This document shows, in pieces, positions 62,983-64,000 of a stretch of 64,000 nt of DNA. Within the stretch, counting starts at the first letter, position 1. Each line of letters begins with the position of its first letter. The translations under genes were made by a program, and so were the position numbers. The notes under the pieces are model-generated. The model saw only the letters and a list, made by a program, of their open reading frames with translations. It had not been told where the DNA came from and did no database searches. This DNA comes from Terriglobia bacterium. GTDB taxonomy: Bacteria > Acidobacteriota > Terriglobia > JAJPHL01 > JAPKYU01. The stretch spans positions 64,001 to 128,000 of the forward strand of contig CBDBKE010000004.1 in the NCBI GenBank assembly GCA_965206645.1, given 5' to 3'.

Positions 62983-63044
62983 TAGGATTACTCCTCCCCT
63001 TTGGAGTCTCTGTTGTCCATTGATTGATTCTAAATGAGGAACAA

Positions 63045-63398
63045 TGGTGGAGGCGGCGGGAGTCGAACCCGCGTCCGGAAAAGCCTACCACCAGAAGCCT
63101 ACATGCTTAGTCGCGTTCGATTGGTTTCGCCAGCTCAGATTAGAACGGACAAGAATCTAAGCCGACTAGTCCGATAGAATTCGCCTGCCACCCACGGACC
63201 GAGGATGACCAGCTATCCCGCTAAAGTCGTCGCCACCTAGCGGCCTGCGGGCCGGCTACCAGGTAACGCGCCACCTTTAATTAGGCAGCGTAAGCCAATT
63301 GGTTATTGGCAGTTGTACGTTCCCAAGCGATTTCGGGTGCCTGGACCCCGGCATGCCTTCTAGCAGCAGTTCAATCCCGTCGAATCCGTGACGCCCCC
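63045..63398 (-). ncRNA. ssrA: tmRNA; tag peptide (A)ANNQLAYAA*
   Basis: 5' GGGGGCGTCACGGATTCGAC, 3' GGTTCGACTCCCGCCGCCTCCACCA; tag ORF at 63281-63310. Confidence 0.96.
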
Positions 63399-63480
63399 AC
63401 GAGATCAATTTGATTATAGCACGCCGCCGCCGGACCCTGGGCGGTAGGCAGTGGGCAAGGGGGCTCACCGCGGTGGGAAG

Positions 63481-63509
63481 TTGACAGCGCTGGGGTGCCA
63501 CCGCATAAT
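63481..63509 (+). promoter_or_regulatory. Near-consensus sigma70 promoter
   Basis: TTGACA-17 bp-CATAAT, followed by GGGGAG RBS and ATG at 63522. Confidence 0.7.
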
Positions 63510-63521
63510 GGCGGGGAGCCT

Positions 63522-64000
63522 ATGGCAGAATCCGCCGATCTGGAAAAAGCGCTCAGCGTCGCGCTGGGAAACGTTGTTAGCAGCCGGGTGGCCAGCCTGC
63601 AGCAGGAGCTGCTGAGCGAGCTGGTGAAGTCCCTGGGAGGAGCCGTCGGCGGCGAGACGGCCACCAGCGGAGCCCTAAATTCGGCGTTTCAGCGCATCTC
63701 GGGCGCCCATTCGCAAACCGAAGTGTTGCAGAACCTGCTGGAGGGCACCACTCCGTTTTGCCACCGCGCCGCGCTGCTGGTGGTCAAGGGGGAGCGTTTG
63801 ACTGGCTGGCGCGGCCGGGGCTTCGAAGGCACGTCGGGGGACGGACTCCGAGAAATTGATCTGCCTCCCGAGGGCGAAACGAGCTGGAGACTGGTAGCGA
63901 CCGACCAGTCGGCCCGCCGGATACGATTGAAGCAATACCAGAGACTTTAGCGCGAGCCTTCTTCGACCTTCTGGGCACTCCCGGTGACAATCGGGCTTAC
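63522..64000 (+). CDS. Hypothetical protein (GAF-like segment), possibly frameshifted near 63915; runs off the window
   Basis: Good promoter and RBS; after the TAG at 63948 an alternative frame stays open to the window end. Confidence 0.5.

Overview
GC-rich bacterial chromosome segment, probably Acidobacteriota (inferred from a Solibacter-type C-terminal-domain protein and the general gene content). Positions 1-21.4 kb are a heavily rearranged, IS-saturated island abutting the 3' end of a tRNA-Glu. It holds 2 IS30, 3 full IS3 plus 1 partial, an IS256 and a split IS1380, together with intact and truncated cargo (SET fragment x2, GGDEF, ALDH, PQQ-propeller, rhodanese, M24 peptidase). The island also carries a family of recurring 34-bp imperfect palindromes with 6-bp cores that resemble tyrosine-recombinase (lox/dif-like) sites; this is the most novel-looking signal. 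Positions 21.4-64 kb are mostly core genome: dinG, tRNA-Gln, trxB, proline dehydrogenase, csp/RRM, dgt, three tandem TMTC-like GT-C/TPR genes, rho, tig-clpP-clpX-lon, cmk, mutL, larE, a RAYT transposase with REPs and a duplicated 106-bp REPIN, a CHASE2 cyclase-M48 operon, arsS-like radical SAM, aldA and tmRNA. Many accessory genes carry stops, frameshifts or deletions while housekeeping genes are intact. All calls come from reading the sequence and ORF track by eye; no searches were run.
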